A stretch of DNA of 64,000 nucleotides from a bacterium (GCA_030680695.1 JAUXUT010000149.1:357000-420999), one strand, 5' to 3'; positions 27,533 through 37,524 are shown, numbered from the stretch's first letter. Notes: generated by a model not told the origin, from the sequence alone. Numbers and translations are program-made.

Positions 27533-27573
27533 GCCAGAAACAGCTCCGAAAAGAGTCTGGGGATAAACGCGGC

Positions 27574-28056
27574 CTATCTTGGCGCCACGAGCTGTGGCGG
27601 GTTCTTGGCGTTAGTGTCAGAGAGCCTGAAGGTGTTATCGAGGATGTTAACCAAGCCCCAAATCGAAACCATCACGAAAAGACCGATGATGCCGTACAGG
27701 ATGATATTTCTACCCTCCTCTCTGCCTCCCTCTGTCATGAACTTCCATGCGCCATAAACCACATATAGCACCGAGAAGGCCATGATTAGATATACCGCGT
27801 AGTTGAAGAATCCGATAATACAGCTCACCACCCCAGCGACACCCTCCGATTTGAGATTCGAACATGACGAGATGCCGCCGCTGACCGACGGATTAGTAGC
27901 CACCACACGTCCCGTGTTGCCGACCTGCGTATATTGACCGCCGGACATAAACTCAACATATCCTTGAGGAATCTGCTGTTGTGCCAAAGAGACCGAAGGT
28001 GCAACAACAAACACCACAGCAGAAACAAGAAGCGTGACGACAAGTAATCTTTTCAT
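27574..28056 (-). CDS. secreted two-helix membrane protein, paralog 3 (Cys pair plus TrbC/VirB2-like C-module)
   Basis: Signal peptide; SSCSNLKSEGVAGVVSC; then AVYLIMAFSVLYVVYGAWKFMTEGGREEGRNIILYGIIGLFVMVSIWGLVNIL. Confidence 0.45.
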   Translation of the reverse strand: MKRLLVVTLLVSAVVFVVAPSVSLAQQQIPQGYVEFMSGGQYTQVGNTGRVVATNPSVSGGISSCSNLKSEGVAGVVSCIIGFFNYAVYLIMAFSVLYVVYGAWKFMTEGGREEGRNIILYGIIGLFVMVSIWGLVNILDNTFRLSDTNAKNPPQLVAPR

Positions 28057-28057
28057 G

Positions 28058-28489
28058 TTATCTGAAGCTATCTATGAGATTTTTAATGACTTCTGTAATG
28101 ACGTTCGCTCCGATAAGGAGGATTGCTCCTATAATTGTATACTTAAATGTATTTTTTGCATCCGTTATCTTATCCTCGCTTCCCTGCGCCACCACAAATT
28201 TGAAGCCCGATATGATAAGGAACACCGCAATCACGGCATAACTGAGGCTGTAGACGAAGTTGATGACCTTGAATATAAGGCCGCCGATGCTGTCCACGCC
28301 TTTCAATGGATTACAAAGCATCGTCTCGCAATTCTTCTGAGGCACAGGAGCAGGAGCTCGTTCCTGGGTAATGCCCTGCTCTCTTTCTTGGGTAATAGGC
28401 GGCAATGTCTGAGTTGGAGTCTGTGCTATCGCCACTGTTGGCACAAATAAGAGTGCGGCAACGAGAAAGATCTTGATAATAGTGTTCAT
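28058..28489 (-). CDS. secreted two-helix membrane protein, paralog 4
   Basis: Signal peptide; KNCETMLCNP; then VYSLSYAVIAVFLIISGFKFVVAQGSEDKITDAKNTFKYTIIGAILLIGANVITEVI. Confidence 0.4.
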   Translation of the reverse strand: MNTIIKIFLVAALLFVPTVAIAQTPTQTLPPITQEREQGITQERAPAPVPQKNCETMLCNPLKGVDSIGGLIFKVINFVYSLSYAVIAVFLIISGFKFVVAQGSEDKITDAKNTFKYTIIGAILLIGANVITEVIKNLIDSFR

Positions 28490-28492
28490 ATG

Positions 28493-29044
28493 CTAATTGC
28501 CGAGGAACTTATTGATAAACGATTCCGAGCTCTGGCTGCCGCCAATATTGTCGGCAAGGAAGTATCCGAGGAAAGCCTTCACAACTACGAATGCCGCAAG
28601 AATCCAGAACAAACCGATTATAAACGGCATCAACATCGATTTGGCCTTGGCCACTTTGCCTGAATCGCCGTTCGCCGTCAGATATGTGAAGGCAATCCAC
28701 ATGATCATACCAAGGGCGAGAGGTATGGCGAGATACAAGAGGAAGTTCACAATTCGGTTGGCGAGGATAAGAACGTGCTTGTATTCGCACGCCTCGCTAC
28801 CTTCGACGTAAACTGGCCTTGTCGTGCTGACGGGCTTTCCGCTCGAATCGGTCCCCATTACCGTCTCGAACATAGGTTGTCCGCTCGCATCAAGCTTCTG
28901 TTTCTTTACCCCATCACATGGGATGAGCTGGAAGCCAGGATCTTCTGGCCTGTCGACTTTTTGGGCGAAAGCGATGGAAGCTGGGGCGGCCAAGAACATT
29001 GCGAGTACCGTGGCCGAAAGAATCATGAACGAAAGCTTCTTCAT
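28493..29044 (-). CDS. secreted two-helix membrane protein, paralog 5
   Basis: Signal peptide; Cys pair (IPCDG...EACEY); then LLYLAIPLALGMIMWIAFTYLTANGDSGKVAKAKSMLMPFIIGLFWILAAFVVVKAFL. Confidence 0.4.
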   Translation of the reverse strand: MKKLSFMILSATVLAMFLAAPASIAFAQKVDRPEDPGFQLIPCDGVKKQKLDASGQPMFETVMGTDSSGKPVSTTRPVYVEGSEACEYKHVLILANRIVNFLLYLAIPLALGMIMWIAFTYLTANGDSGKVAKAKSMLMPFIIGLFWILAAFVVVKAFLGYFLADNIGGSQSSESFINKFLGN

Positions 29045-29048
29045 GCTA

Positions 29049-30332
29049 TTACTGGTTAGTCCTAATGATAGAGTCTATCTCTGAGCTCGCCGCCGATACT
29101 GCTTGGCTCGCACGATAACGACCACTCGTCACGTTATCGACGAGCCTCTCGAATACAATATTGGTCGCTTCACGGTTCGGATCAAGCCACGCTCTGGCCA
29201 TTAAAGCACTGCGGTAGAAAACGGCCGTATATGCGCTTCCAGGTGTCGAGGCCAAGAGGTCTCGACGTACAGGCGGAAGGCCAGATTTTGATGCCCATAG
29301 ATTCTGGAGGTTCGAACCAGTCAAGATTGCCGCGGCTGATACTGATGGACCGATATTCGGCGAACTCTTCAGAAAAGCGAAGGCTGTCATATGACCGAAA
29401 GTTGCAGTCCTACCCGAGGCTTGTGGTATGACTGCAACATCGAAATTCAAGTTTGGGTTGGCAGACCTGATGCCCTGAAGTTCACTCGCATAGCCAAAAT
29501 ACATGGCAAGCTTCCCCGCTATAAACATGTCACGGTCGTTCATAAGCGAGCGATTCCATGTATAAGCTGGCTTTGATGGATTGGAGAACTCCGTAAAGAA
29601 ATTAATGGCCTGCTCGCCAGGAACTTGTCCTTGGCTCACACCGAATACGCTCGTCACTATGCCGCGGGCGTCGCGGGCAACGATCGGCGTTCCTGCTTGC
29701 ATCGAAAGCAGGGCGAGCATATCTTTGTAGTGGACGATATTCGCGGACGATCCCATGGCCACCATCGCTTGTGATATGCCTCCACCAACATCTTTCTTAA
29801 TTACTTTCGGGGCGAGCGCATAAAGTTCATTCCAAGTGGTCGGCGGGAGGCTTACGCCCGCCTCGCCGAATATCTCACGGTTCCAATACATAACCATTGG
29901 ATTGACCGAGAACGGCAAACCGATGACCCCGCCTGGGACGAGGTAGAGCTCGCTTCCCTCTATGAATGAATCCTTGAAGGTGCGTTCGGAATAGTTCTCG
30001 AACGGAACGACGAAAAACTTGTCTGCCTGCTTGAGGATGAGGTCCTGTGGCCAGAGAACCATGTCTGGACCCTGTCCGCGAGCCAATGATGCAATCAGTT
30101 CGGATTCGAAAGTCGCGGCCTGTTTTTGGACATATACGACGTTAAGCTGGTCTCGGTACTCGAGCCTTGCATCGCCGAGAAATCCCGACATGAGGCTATG
30201 TGGGAAAGTGCCCCACAACACAACCTGGGGCGCCTCACCAGAATTATTTGTGCGGTTTAGGGCGAAGAGCGCCACGCCGAAGACTGCGCATGCGATGAGT
30301 ACTCCGGTGAATATAAGTTGAAAGCGTGACAT
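29049..30332 (-). CDS. membrane-anchored extracellular solute-binding protein (ABC-type family 1 fold), orphan
   Basis: N-terminal TM; LVPGGVIGLPFSVNPMVMYWNREIFGEAGVSLPPTTWNELYALAPKV matches the family 1 SBP hinge region. No permease or ATPase genes are adjacent. Confidence 0.55.
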   Translation of the reverse strand: MSRFQLIFTGVLIACAVFGVALFALNRTNNSGEAPQVVLWGTFPHSLMSGFLGDARLEYRDQLNVVYVQKQAATFESELIASLARGQGPDMVLWPQDLILKQADKFFVVPFENYSERTFKDSFIEGSELYLVPGGVIGLPFSVNPMVMYWNREIFGEAGVSLPPTTWNELYALAPKVIKKDVGGGISQAMVAMGSSANIVHYKDMLALLSMQAGTPIVARDARGIVTSVFGVSQGQVPGEQAINFFTEFSNPSKPAYTWNRSLMNDRDMFIAGKLAMYFGYASELQGIRSANPNLNFDVAVIPQASGRTATFGHMTAFAFLKSSPNIGPSVSAAAILTGSNLQNLWASKSGLPPVRRDLLASTPGSAYTAVFYRSALMARAWLDPNREATNIVFERLVDNVTSGRYRASQAVSAASSEIDSIIRTNQ

Positions 30333-30338
30333 GTGGCC

Positions 30339-30866
30339 TTATTGCTTGCGGAATATCATACCATAATGGTGCGCCCCGGCCGTAAACTCGCGATCGAAAG
30401 CGAAACCAGTCTCGTGTGCGAGCTTCATGGCGTCGTCCTTGTACACGACATGACCTGGATGTGGGCCAATCTGCCCAAACGATCCGGACCACTCAATAAG
30501 CATGAACTTCCCTTTTTGCTTGAGGATGCGTTTTGCCTCCAAGAAAAATGTTTTCTTGTCTTCGAGCATGAACAGAATGTTTGATGCGATACAAGCGTCA
30601 ACCGAAACATCACGAATCTTAGAGCCACCGAGTTTCTCGAGATCCCCTGCAATCACATCGATATTACGAATATGTTGTCGTTGGGCTTCTTTCTTGAGCC
30701 TGTCGAGAAGATCTCGTTGAACGTCCACAGCGTAAACCTTACCCGTTGGGGCGACGGCCTTGGCGGCGGCGAGACTATAAAAGCCAGAACCTGCACCAAG
30801 ATCCGCAACAATGTTTCCGTCAGATAAACCTGCCTCTTCGACGTTTCGCTCGGGATTGCTGAACAT
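30339..30866 (-). CDS. class I SAM-dependent methyltransferase
   Basis: VADLGAGSGFYSL is motif I (GxGxG), with a Rossmann-like succession over 175 aa. Confidence 0.7.
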   Translation of the reverse strand: MFSNPERNVEEAGLSDGNIVADLGAGSGFYSLAAAKAVAPTGKVYAVDVQRDLLDRLKKEAQRQHIRNIDVIAGDLEKLGGSKIRDVSVDACIASNILFMLEDKKTFFLEAKRILKQKGKFMLIEWSGSFGQIGPHPGHVVYKDDAMKLAHETGFAFDREFTAGAHHYGMIFRKQ

Positions 30867-30889
30867 GCTTAAAGTATAGCAAATATAGA

Positions 30890-30921
30890 AAAGAAAAAGG
30901 CCCGCTCTTGCGCGCGGGCCT
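30890..30921 (-). terminator. terminator after the 30936-32171 gene
   Basis: The minus strand reads GGCCCGCGCGcaagaGCGGGCC followed by TTTTTCTTTTC. Confidence 0.6.
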
Positions 30922-30935
30922 CGACAAAATAACTT

Positions 30936-32171
30936 TTACCGCACATACACTATCCGTAGCGGCTTGCCATCGGCACGGGGCCTCGGCAGCCAGAACTGTG
31001 CCTTTTGGACGTCTTCGGGCAGGTTGATGACCGTCGTCGGCACCCCATCAATGATGACCGTCGATAAATGCATCTCGATTGGCTCACTGATGATGGGCTT
31101 CCTGGCGAACCACGGACTGAAGTCCATGGTCACGTAGACGCCGCGCGGGTCATCGATAATCACCCTGCCTTGATCGACCGCCCGCTTGCTGAACCAACGT
31201 GGATTCACGTTGTCGCCGGGACCGTAGACCAACTCCTGGCGCTTGCCCATCAGACGATCGGCGTCCGCGAAGACCCGGCCCGAATGAACGGGCGCCGGCT
31301 CGACAACTGGAACAGGTGCCGGGACTGGCTTTGGCTGCTCGACCGCTGGTGCCGGTGCTGGCTCTGGTTCTACCTTAGGAGCAGGCTCAGGTTGTGCAAC
31401 GGGTACTGGCGGATCAGGACGCTTGAACAGCTCGAGGAACTCCGCGAAGAGACCTCTCGCCTTAGCAGCATCTTCCGCCGTCGAAGCACTGGTTGTTTCA
31501 ATCTCGACGGCAGCAGCGTGAACATCATCGATTTTGCCGATGATTTCATCCTTGGACCGATTGACGGCTTCAATGGTCGCGTTGGCACGACCGTCGGCTA
31601 CTTCGCTCTGTTCAACCAAGATCGTTCCAATATCCTTCTTGAGCGACACGAGGCCCTTCTCGACGGACGTGACGACCCGGCTGCCGCTGAGGCTGCCTAT
31701 GACCACGATCACGAAGGTGCAGGCGAGCATGACGGACGAGAGACCAATGAACCAGGGCCAGAAAGGCCGCGACTTGTTCTTCTCGACACAAGCACAGGTC
31801 ACTGCGTTCTCTTGAGAGTTGGTATCTCGAGAAGCACCGATGCTGGCCTTGATTTCCTTGACTGCGCCGTCGATCTTTTCGTCGATTTTCGCTTCGAGGG
31901 TGGCCTGCAAGGTCCCGACGGCTTCGGTCGCCGCACTGGCTTCGGCCCTGGTCTTTTCAACTTCACCTTCAAGGCTCCCGATGGATTCATTGACCTCTTT
32001 GAATCCTTTTTTAATGAGAACCTCTTGGGCATGCTGTTTCTTGACGAACGCCATGAAGGGCTTGCGCCCCTTGACGGAGATTTCCTTCGCGAGATCACGA
32101 AGAAAGGTTCTGGTGACGGTCCGGGACGGACCAGCATCTTCTGCGGTTGGCATATGTATGTGGGGTTTCAA
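30936..32171 (-). CDS. hypothetical single-pass membrane protein with a Pro-rich (PxP) linker and C-terminal extracytoplasmic domain
   Basis: Cytoplasmic coiled-coil N-region, TM helix FWPWFIGLSSVMLACTFVIVVIG, a PEPAPKVEPEPAPAPAVEQPKPVPAPVPVVEPAP linker, and a ~115-aa C-domain with no recognised motif. Confidence 0.35.
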   Translation of the reverse strand: MKPHIHMPTAEDAGPSRTVTRTFLRDLAKEISVKGRKPFMAFVKKQHAQEVLIKKGFKEVNESIGSLEGEVEKTRAEASAATEAVGTLQATLEAKIDEKIDGAVKEIKASIGASRDTNSQENAVTCACVEKNKSRPFWPWFIGLSSVMLACTFVIVVIGSLSGSRVVTSVEKGLVSLKKDIGTILVEQSEVADGRANATIEAVNRSKDEIIGKIDDVHAAAVEIETTSASTAEDAAKARGLFAEFLELFKRPDPPVPVAQPEPAPKVEPEPAPAPAVEQPKPVPAPVPVVEPAPVHSGRVFADADRLMGKRQELVYGPGDNVNPRWFSKRAVDQGRVIIDDPRGVYVTMDFSPWFARKPIISEPIEMHLSTVIIDGVPTTVINLPEDVQKAQFWLPRPRADGKPLRIVYVR

Positions 32172-32285
32172 AGATCAACATGATCGGCTGGGCGCTGTCG
32201 CGCCCGAGAAAGCCGTTCTTGCTTATCCTGCTTCTACCATGCTGACGACTGAATGTCAAAACAATTTCGTGGCCCGGCACAATAC

Positions 32286-32306
32286 AAAAACCGCCTTGCG
32301 GCGGTT
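32286..32306 (-). terminator. terminator after gyrA
   Basis: The minus strand reads AACCGCCGCAAGGCGGTT followed by TTTTGTATT. Confidence 0.55.
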
Positions 32307-32318
32307 GTCAATTCCAAA

Positions 32319-34808
32319 CTACAGACAAACAACGGATGCGAGCGAATCCCCGTCACGCAATTTCATTATACGCACACCCTGGGTCGAGCGACCGAGGACT
32401 GGGATTTCGGCGAGCGAGACACGAACAACCTGCGATTTCTTGGACATCGCAACGAGCTCGCTGTCTTCTTCGGTGACAACCTTGGCCGATATAATTGGCC
32501 CGGTCTTATCGGTGCAATTCATTGTGAGAATTCCTGATCCGCCGCGACCCTGGGTCTTGTACTCGCTCATCTCGGTGGTCTTGCCGTAGCCATTCTTTGA
32601 TATGACCATGAGGCGAGTGCCCTTGGCGCCGGCCTTCACAACATCGGCGCTGATAACTGTGTCACCTTTGGCAAGATTGATGCCGCGGACACCCATGGCA
32701 GAACGTCCCATCTCGCGCACGTCGGCTTCCTCGAACCTGATTGACTGGCCGTCGGCTGTAACAATAGAAACGTCGTTGCCTTTAGACGAGAACGATGCGG
32801 ATGTGAGCGCGTCGCCTGGTTCAAGGGTGATGGCGATGATGCCAGATCGGCGCACATCGTGGAACGATTCTGCTTTCACCTTCTTCACTGTTCCCTGCTT
32901 GGTAACCATCATAATAGAAAGTTCTGTCGAACCCTTGGTCGCCTTCGGCATGGAAAGAATTGATGTGACCTTCTCGTTGTCGGCAAGCGACAAGAAATTC
33001 ACAAGGGCCTTGCCCTTGGTCGCACGGCGGCCTTCTGGGAGCTCGTACATCTTGATCTGATATGCCTTCCCCTTGTCTGTAAAGAAGAGCATATCAGCAT
33101 GGGTGTTCGCGGTGACGAGGTTTGTGACGAAATCCTCTTCCTTTGTATCAAGGTCGATTACGCCAACACCGCCGCGTTTCTGTTTGCGGTACTCATCCGG
33201 CATGGTTCGTTTAACATATCCGCCCTGGGTGAGCACGAGCACATTTTCGACGTCTGGAATAAGGTCTTCGTCAGACATGGCTTTCACGCCGCCCTTGATG
33301 ACACGTGTGCGACGTTCATCGCCGAACTTTGCCTTGATGTCGGCGAGCTCTTGTTTGATAACGCCGAGGATTTTCTTCGGCGAGGCGAGAAGTGCTTTCA
33401 ATTCCTCGATAAGAGCCTGGACAGATTTGAGTTCATCCTCAACTTTCTTGCGCTCAAGTCCTGCGAGCTTTTGGAGGCGCATGTCGAGAATTGCCTGGGC
33501 CTGAAGGACCGAGAACTTGAAGGTTTTCATGAGACCAGCCTTGGCATCTTCAACGGACGCAGACTTGCGGATCAGTTTGATGATCTCGTCTATGTGGTCG
33601 AGGGCTTTCTTGAGGCCAAGCAAGATGTGTTCACGAGCCTCGGCAATGCGAAGATCGTATGCGCTGCGGCGTTTAACCACCTCGATGCGGTGCTCGATGA
33701 AGTTTTCAAGAATAGTCTTGAGGGCAAGAGTTTCTGGACGACCCTTCACGAGGGCGACGATGTTCAAATGGAACGTATCTTCGAGTTGAGTGTGCTTGAA
33801 CAGGAAGTTAAGAATCTTCTGTGGATGTGAACCTTGTTTAAGATCAATAACGATACGAATGTCTTTTGCAGATTCGTCGCGGAGGCCCTTGATGCCTTCG
33901 ATTTTCTTTTCGCGGACGAGGTTTGCGATATTAACGATGAGGTCGGCCTTAATCACGCGATATGGAATCGATGTGATGATAATTTGGAACTGGCCAGCCT
34001 TGTTCTCGACGATTTCAGCGTCGCCACGTGTGACGATGCCGCCCTTTCCAGTAGTATATGCGTGATGAATATCTTTTTCGCCGTAAATATTTCCGCCCGT
34101 AGGAAAGTCAGGTCCTTTTATAAATTGTAGAAGGTCCTCGGTTGAAGCGTCCTTGTTTTCAATAAGATGAGTCGTCGCATCAATGACTTCGCTCAGGTTA
34201 TGCGGAGGAATGTTCGTTGCCATTCCCACTGCGATACCAAGAGTACCGTTGAGAAGAAGATTGGGAACGGCTGTTGGTAGAACCGTAGGCTCCTTCTTTG
34301 TGTTGTCGTAGTTCGGACGGAAGTCCACTGTTTCCTTCTCGAGGTCTTTGAGAAGTTCACCTGCGAGGCGCGACATTTTAGCCTCGGTGTATCGGTACGC
34401 GGCCGCACCGTCACCGTCGATCGATCCGAAGTTTCCTTGGCCGATGACGAGTGGATATCGCATCGAGAAATCCTGGGCCATTTTCACCATCGCCTCGTAC
34501 ACAGACGAGTCACCGTGCGGATGATATTTACCGAGCACGTCTCCCACGATCGTCGCAGACTTTTTTGTCTTGGCTGATGCGGTGAGACCGATGTCGTTCA
34601 TCGCATACAAAATACGGCGGTGAACGGGTTTTAGTCCGTCGCGAACATCAGGAAGCGCGCGAGCCGTAATGACGGACATCGCGTAGTCGAGATACGACTC
34701 GCGCATCTCTGTAACTATCGAGCGTGCCTGTATGCCCTTCTCTTCGAACGGCAGCTTTGGATCCGGCGTGGCGGCCGAGGGATTGGAATTGGGATTCTTT
34801 GGGCTCAT
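32319..34808 (-). CDS. gyrA: DNA gyrase subunit A
   Basis: [15 protein letters not shown] active-site Tyr region, plus a C-terminal beta-pinwheel, over 829 aa. Confidence 0.95.
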   Translation of the reverse strand: MSPKNPNSNPSAATPDPKLPFEEKGIQARSIVTEMRESYLDYAMSVITARALPDVRDGLKPVHRRILYAMNDIGLTASAKTKKSATIVGDVLGKYHPHGDSSVYEAMVKMAQDFSMRYPLVIGQGNFGSIDGDGAAAYRYTEAKMSRLAGELLKDLEKETVDFRPNYDNTKKEPTVLPTAVPNLLLNGTLGIAVGMATNIPPHNLSEVIDATTHLIENKDASTEDLLQFIKGPDFPTGGNIYGEKDIHHAYTTGKGGIVTRGDAEIVENKAGQFQIIITSIPYRVIKADLIVNIANLVREKKIEGIKGLRDESAKDIRIVIDLKQGSHPQKILNFLFKHTQLEDTFHLNIVALVKGRPETLALKTILENFIEHRIEVVKRRSAYDLRIAEAREHILLGLKKALDHIDEIIKLIRKSASVEDAKAGLMKTFKFSVLQAQAILDMRLQKLAGLERKKVEDELKSVQALIEELKALLASPKKILGVIKQELADIKAKFGDERRTRVIKGGVKAMSDEDLIPDVENVLVLTQGGYVKRTMPDEYRKQKRGGVGVIDLDTKEEDFVTNLVTANTHADMLFFTDKGKAYQIKMYELPEGRRATKGKALVNFLSLADNEKVTSILSMPKATKGSTELSIMMVTKQGTVKKVKAESFHDVRRSGIIAITLEPGDALTSASFSSKGNDVSIVTADGQSIRFEEADVREMGRSAMGVRGINLAKGDTVISADVVKAGAKGTRLMVISKNGYGKTTEMSEYKTQGRGGSGILTMNCTDKTGPIISAKVVTEEDSELVAMSKKSQVVRVSLAEIPVLGRSTQGVRIMKLRDGDSLASVVCL

Positions 34809-34828
34809 GCGGTAAGGCTTTATATGGC

Positions 34829-35179
34829 TTAGTTACTGTCTATTATATCAGAAGTGGTCGAACTTGTCGCGTCTTCGGTCATAACTTGCTCTGATTCTAG
34901 GTCTGATTCTTGCCCTGATCCGAAGGCTTCACTCGAGGCACCTATGGCGCCATCAATGTCCCTCAAAAATTGCCTCCAGGACTCAGCGATACCTGATGCG
35001 GCTGCAGACGAAGAACTCTCGCGCTCTTCAGGAATAAAAGTGCCAGACTTGATACGTAGCACGAGCGTCGTCGCCCACAGCACGACAATGATAGTGATGA
35101 CCGTGACTGAGAATATCACAACGAATCGGTGTCGCACGGGTTCCGGACTCCTTCTCAGTTTGTCTATATATTCAAACAT
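34829..35179 (-). CDS. hypothetical small membrane protein
   Basis: Single TM ([23 protein letters not shown]) with an acidic, Ser-rich tail. Confidence 0.3.
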   Translation of the reverse strand: MFEYIDKLRRSPEPVRHRFVVIFSVTVITIIVVLWATTLVLRIKSGTFIPEERESSSSAAASGIAESWRQFLRDIDGAIGASSEAFGSGQESDLESEQVMTEDATSSTTSDIIDSN

Positions 35180-35206
35180 GATGTGAGCGGCCCTCGGGCC
35201 GCAATA

Positions 35207-35836
35207 TTAAGCCTGAGGCTCGAGTACCACTACGTCGCCCTCCCTGCCTTCCAAGTCCTTCTTCTTGATGGTGAGCTTGTCTTGCGGTTTCTGGGCTTCC
35301 TCGCCCGCTTCTTTCAAGAATGCCTTGAGAGCAGCCTTGTCGTCGAAATAAAGTGGCACTATAAGCTTTGGCTCGAGATTAACCGCGAGTTTGCTCGCAT
35401 CAGCTGGCGAAAGCGATCCTTCCGCACCTACCGGCACAAAAAGTATATCGATGTCGTCGATCGATTCTGCCACCTCGCTTGGAAGTTCTTTTGACGAGAT
35501 TGCTCCGAGAAAACACAAGTTCATGTTTTCGAGATTCACCGTATATACAGTGTTGATGCGCTCCTCGCCCTTGTATTTTGATTCGGTCTTGAAGCCTTTG
35601 ATAAAGACGCCTTTAATCTCGTACTCCCCCGGACCTGTTACCGCGAAAGCCTGGCGATCGCCAAGGGACGCCTGATCCACGCCGTTGAAATCCTCGTGAT
35701 TGATCGAGACAAGTGCCACATCCGCACCAAAACGTGACGCCTTGAATTTGGAGTCCTTGGATATCGGGTTGACCGAAAGCGTGATGTCGCCAAATTGAAC
35801 CTTGACCGATGCGCCGCCCTGGTATGTGAGTATCAT
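35207..35836 (-). CDS. metallo-beta-lactamase-fold (Lactamase_B_3 / UPF0173-like) protein
   Basis: MILTYQGGASVKVQFGDITLSVNPI...ADVALVSINHEDFNG resembles the MKITYLGHS...ILITHGHGDH pattern but has a degenerate His cluster. Confidence 0.45.
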   Translation of the reverse strand: MILTYQGGASVKVQFGDITLSVNPISKDSKFKASRFGADVALVSINHEDFNGVDQASLGDRQAFAVTGPGEYEIKGVFIKGFKTESKYKGEERINTVYTVNLENMNLCFLGAISSKELPSEVAESIDDIDILFVPVGAEGSLSPADASKLAVNLEPKLIVPLYFDDKAALKAFLKEAGEEAQKPQDKLTIKKKDLEGREGDVVVLEPQA

Positions 35837-36049
35837 AGGTCTAGAGTATAGAATATTCGGACTTTTCTTACTAGATTGACAAAGGCGCGAACGCTTTTGC
35901 CTTTTACGGCCATATATGGTATCTTTTCCGCACCTGACTTCCGTCAGTTTTTTGTTTAGTTTTTATTTATTTCGCCCGCTCGGTAACCCTCCTTTCGTGA
36001 ACAACGGCCAGAGAATCTGGAAGGGAGAGCCGAAACGGCCATTTCATTC

Positions 36050-37138
36050 ATGTCAGAAGAAATCAAGAAGGTAGAGACGGTGATGAGCAAGATGCTTGCT
36101 GATACCGCTACTCCTCCTAACGTTGGCGACCTCATCGAAGGTTCTGTTATTGCTATCGACAAGAAGGGACTCTTCGTAGATCTCCCTCCATTCGGAACAG
36201 GTATCATTTACGGTCGCGAGTATATGCTCGCCCGCGATGTTATCAAGAAGATCAACATCGGAGACAGAGTCTCTGCAAAAATCGTTGATGCGTCGAACAA
36301 GGACGGCTATATCGAACTCTCTCTCAAGGAAGCTCGCCAGGCGCTCATTTGGACCGAGGCAGAGCAGGCAATCGTCGACAAAACCATCCTCGAACTCCCT
36401 ATCAAGGAAGCGAACAAGGGCGGTCTCATCATTGAATGGCAGGGCATCCAGGGCTTCCTCCCTGCGTCCCAGCTTAAACCAGAGCACTATCCACGTGTTC
36501 AGGACGGCGACAAGGATTCTATTCTTGTTGAGCTCAAGAAACTCGTTGGCACCCGCCTCGCAGTTTCGATCATTGGTGCGTTCCCCAAGGAAGGCAAACT
36601 CATTTTCTCTGAGAAAAACTCTGCAGCAGGTGCAGACAAAGCAGTCGCAGTTGCCAAGTTCAAAGTTGGCGATGAAGTTGAGGGTAAGGTCACCGGAATG
36701 GTGGACTTCGGTGTCTTCGTCAAAATCGATGAGGGTCTTGAAGGTCTCGTTCACATCTCTGAAATCGACTGGGCTCTCGTTGAGGATCCAAAGACTCGTT
36801 TCAAGGTTGGCGACAAGGTCAACGTGAAGGTCATCGAGGTTAAGGACGGCAAGGTGTCCCTCTCGATTAAGGCCCTCAAGCCAAACCCATGGTCAGAGGC
36901 AGGTAAGAAATACAAGAAGGACATGGCCGTAAAGGGCGTTGTCATCAAGTTCAACCGCCACGGAGCGCTCGCCTCGATCGAAGAAGGCATCGCTGGCCTC
37001 GTGCACGTCTCAGAGTTTGGCTCGGAAGAAAAGCTCCGCCAGAACCTCGAGCTCGGCAAAGTATATCCGTTCAAGATTACCCTCTTTGATGCGGGCAATC
37101 AGAAGATGACTCTCGCCTTCGCCGGAGAAAAGAAATAG
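36050..37138 (+). CDS. rpsA: 30S ribosomal protein S1 (four S1 domains)
   Basis: Repeated S1 OB-fold units (GDLIEGSVIAI..., GDRVSAKIVD..., GDEVEGKVTGMVDFGVFVKI..., GDKVNVKVIEV..., KGVVIKFNRHGALASI...). Confidence 0.85.
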   Translation: MSEEIKKVETVMSKMLADTATPPNVGDLIEGSVIAIDKKGLFVDLPPFGTGIIYGREYMLARDVIKKINIGDRVSAKIVDASNKDGYIELSLKEARQALIWTEAEQAIVDKTILELPIKEANKGGLIIEWQGIQGFLPASQLKPEHYPRVQDGDKDSILVELKKLVGTRLAVSIIGAFPKEGKLIFSEKNSAAGADKAVAVAKFKVGDEVEGKVTGMVDFGVFVKIDEGLEGLVHISEIDWALVEDPKTRFKVGDKVNVKVIEVKDGKVSLSIKALKPNPWSEAGKKYKKDMAVKGVVIKFNRHGALASIEEGIAGLVHVSEFGSEEKLRQNLELGKVYPFKITLFDAGNQKMTLAFAGEKK

Positions 37139-37155
37139 TCTCGAATATCCTCCGC

Positions 37156-37455
37156 CTATATCGGCAAATCATGAACAGCACGCGCAATTATGCGCGTCGC
37201 TTTTCGTATATCTGATTTCCAGAGTTCCTGTTTGTGTCCAAGACCTATTCTCCGAACCAGATGGCGTCCTTCAAGTCTTTTCATAATAGTCGGTAGCGAG
37301 CCGCGTGGAATTTCCGAATATCGTGCAATCGCCGACATGCTTTTTGCTACTCGTGATAAAAGTAGGATTTTCCGTTCGGATTCAGAAAGGCCGAGTATGT
37401 CGAAGGCTTTTTGCAAAGCCGCGTCGCGATTCTCGTGTTCATTTTGCGTTTTCAT
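37156..37455 (-). CDS. winged-helix transcriptional regulator (TrmB/MarR-like HTH)
   Basis: 99 aa; LGLSESERKILLLSRVAKSMSAIARYSEIPRGSLPTIMKRLEGRHLVRR is an HTH plus wing. Confidence 0.5.
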   Translation of the reverse strand: MKTQNEHENRDAALQKAFDILGLSESERKILLLSRVAKSMSAIARYSEIPRGSLPTIMKRLEGRHLVRRIGLGHKQELWKSDIRKATRIIARAVHDLPI

Positions 37456-37487
37456 CCCTCCCTTATACCATCATCTTTTTGAGAACA

Positions 37488-37524
37488 GTGGGACATTTGA
37501 TGAAAATTTCATCAAATGTCCCAC
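37488..37524. promoter_or_regulatory. perfect 18-bp inverted repeat (candidate operator) between the HTH regulator gene and the sRNA promoter
   Basis: GTGGGACATTTGATGAAA-A-TTTCATCAAATGTCCCAC, 33 nt upstream of the regulator ATG. No T-run suits a terminator. Confidence 0.5.
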
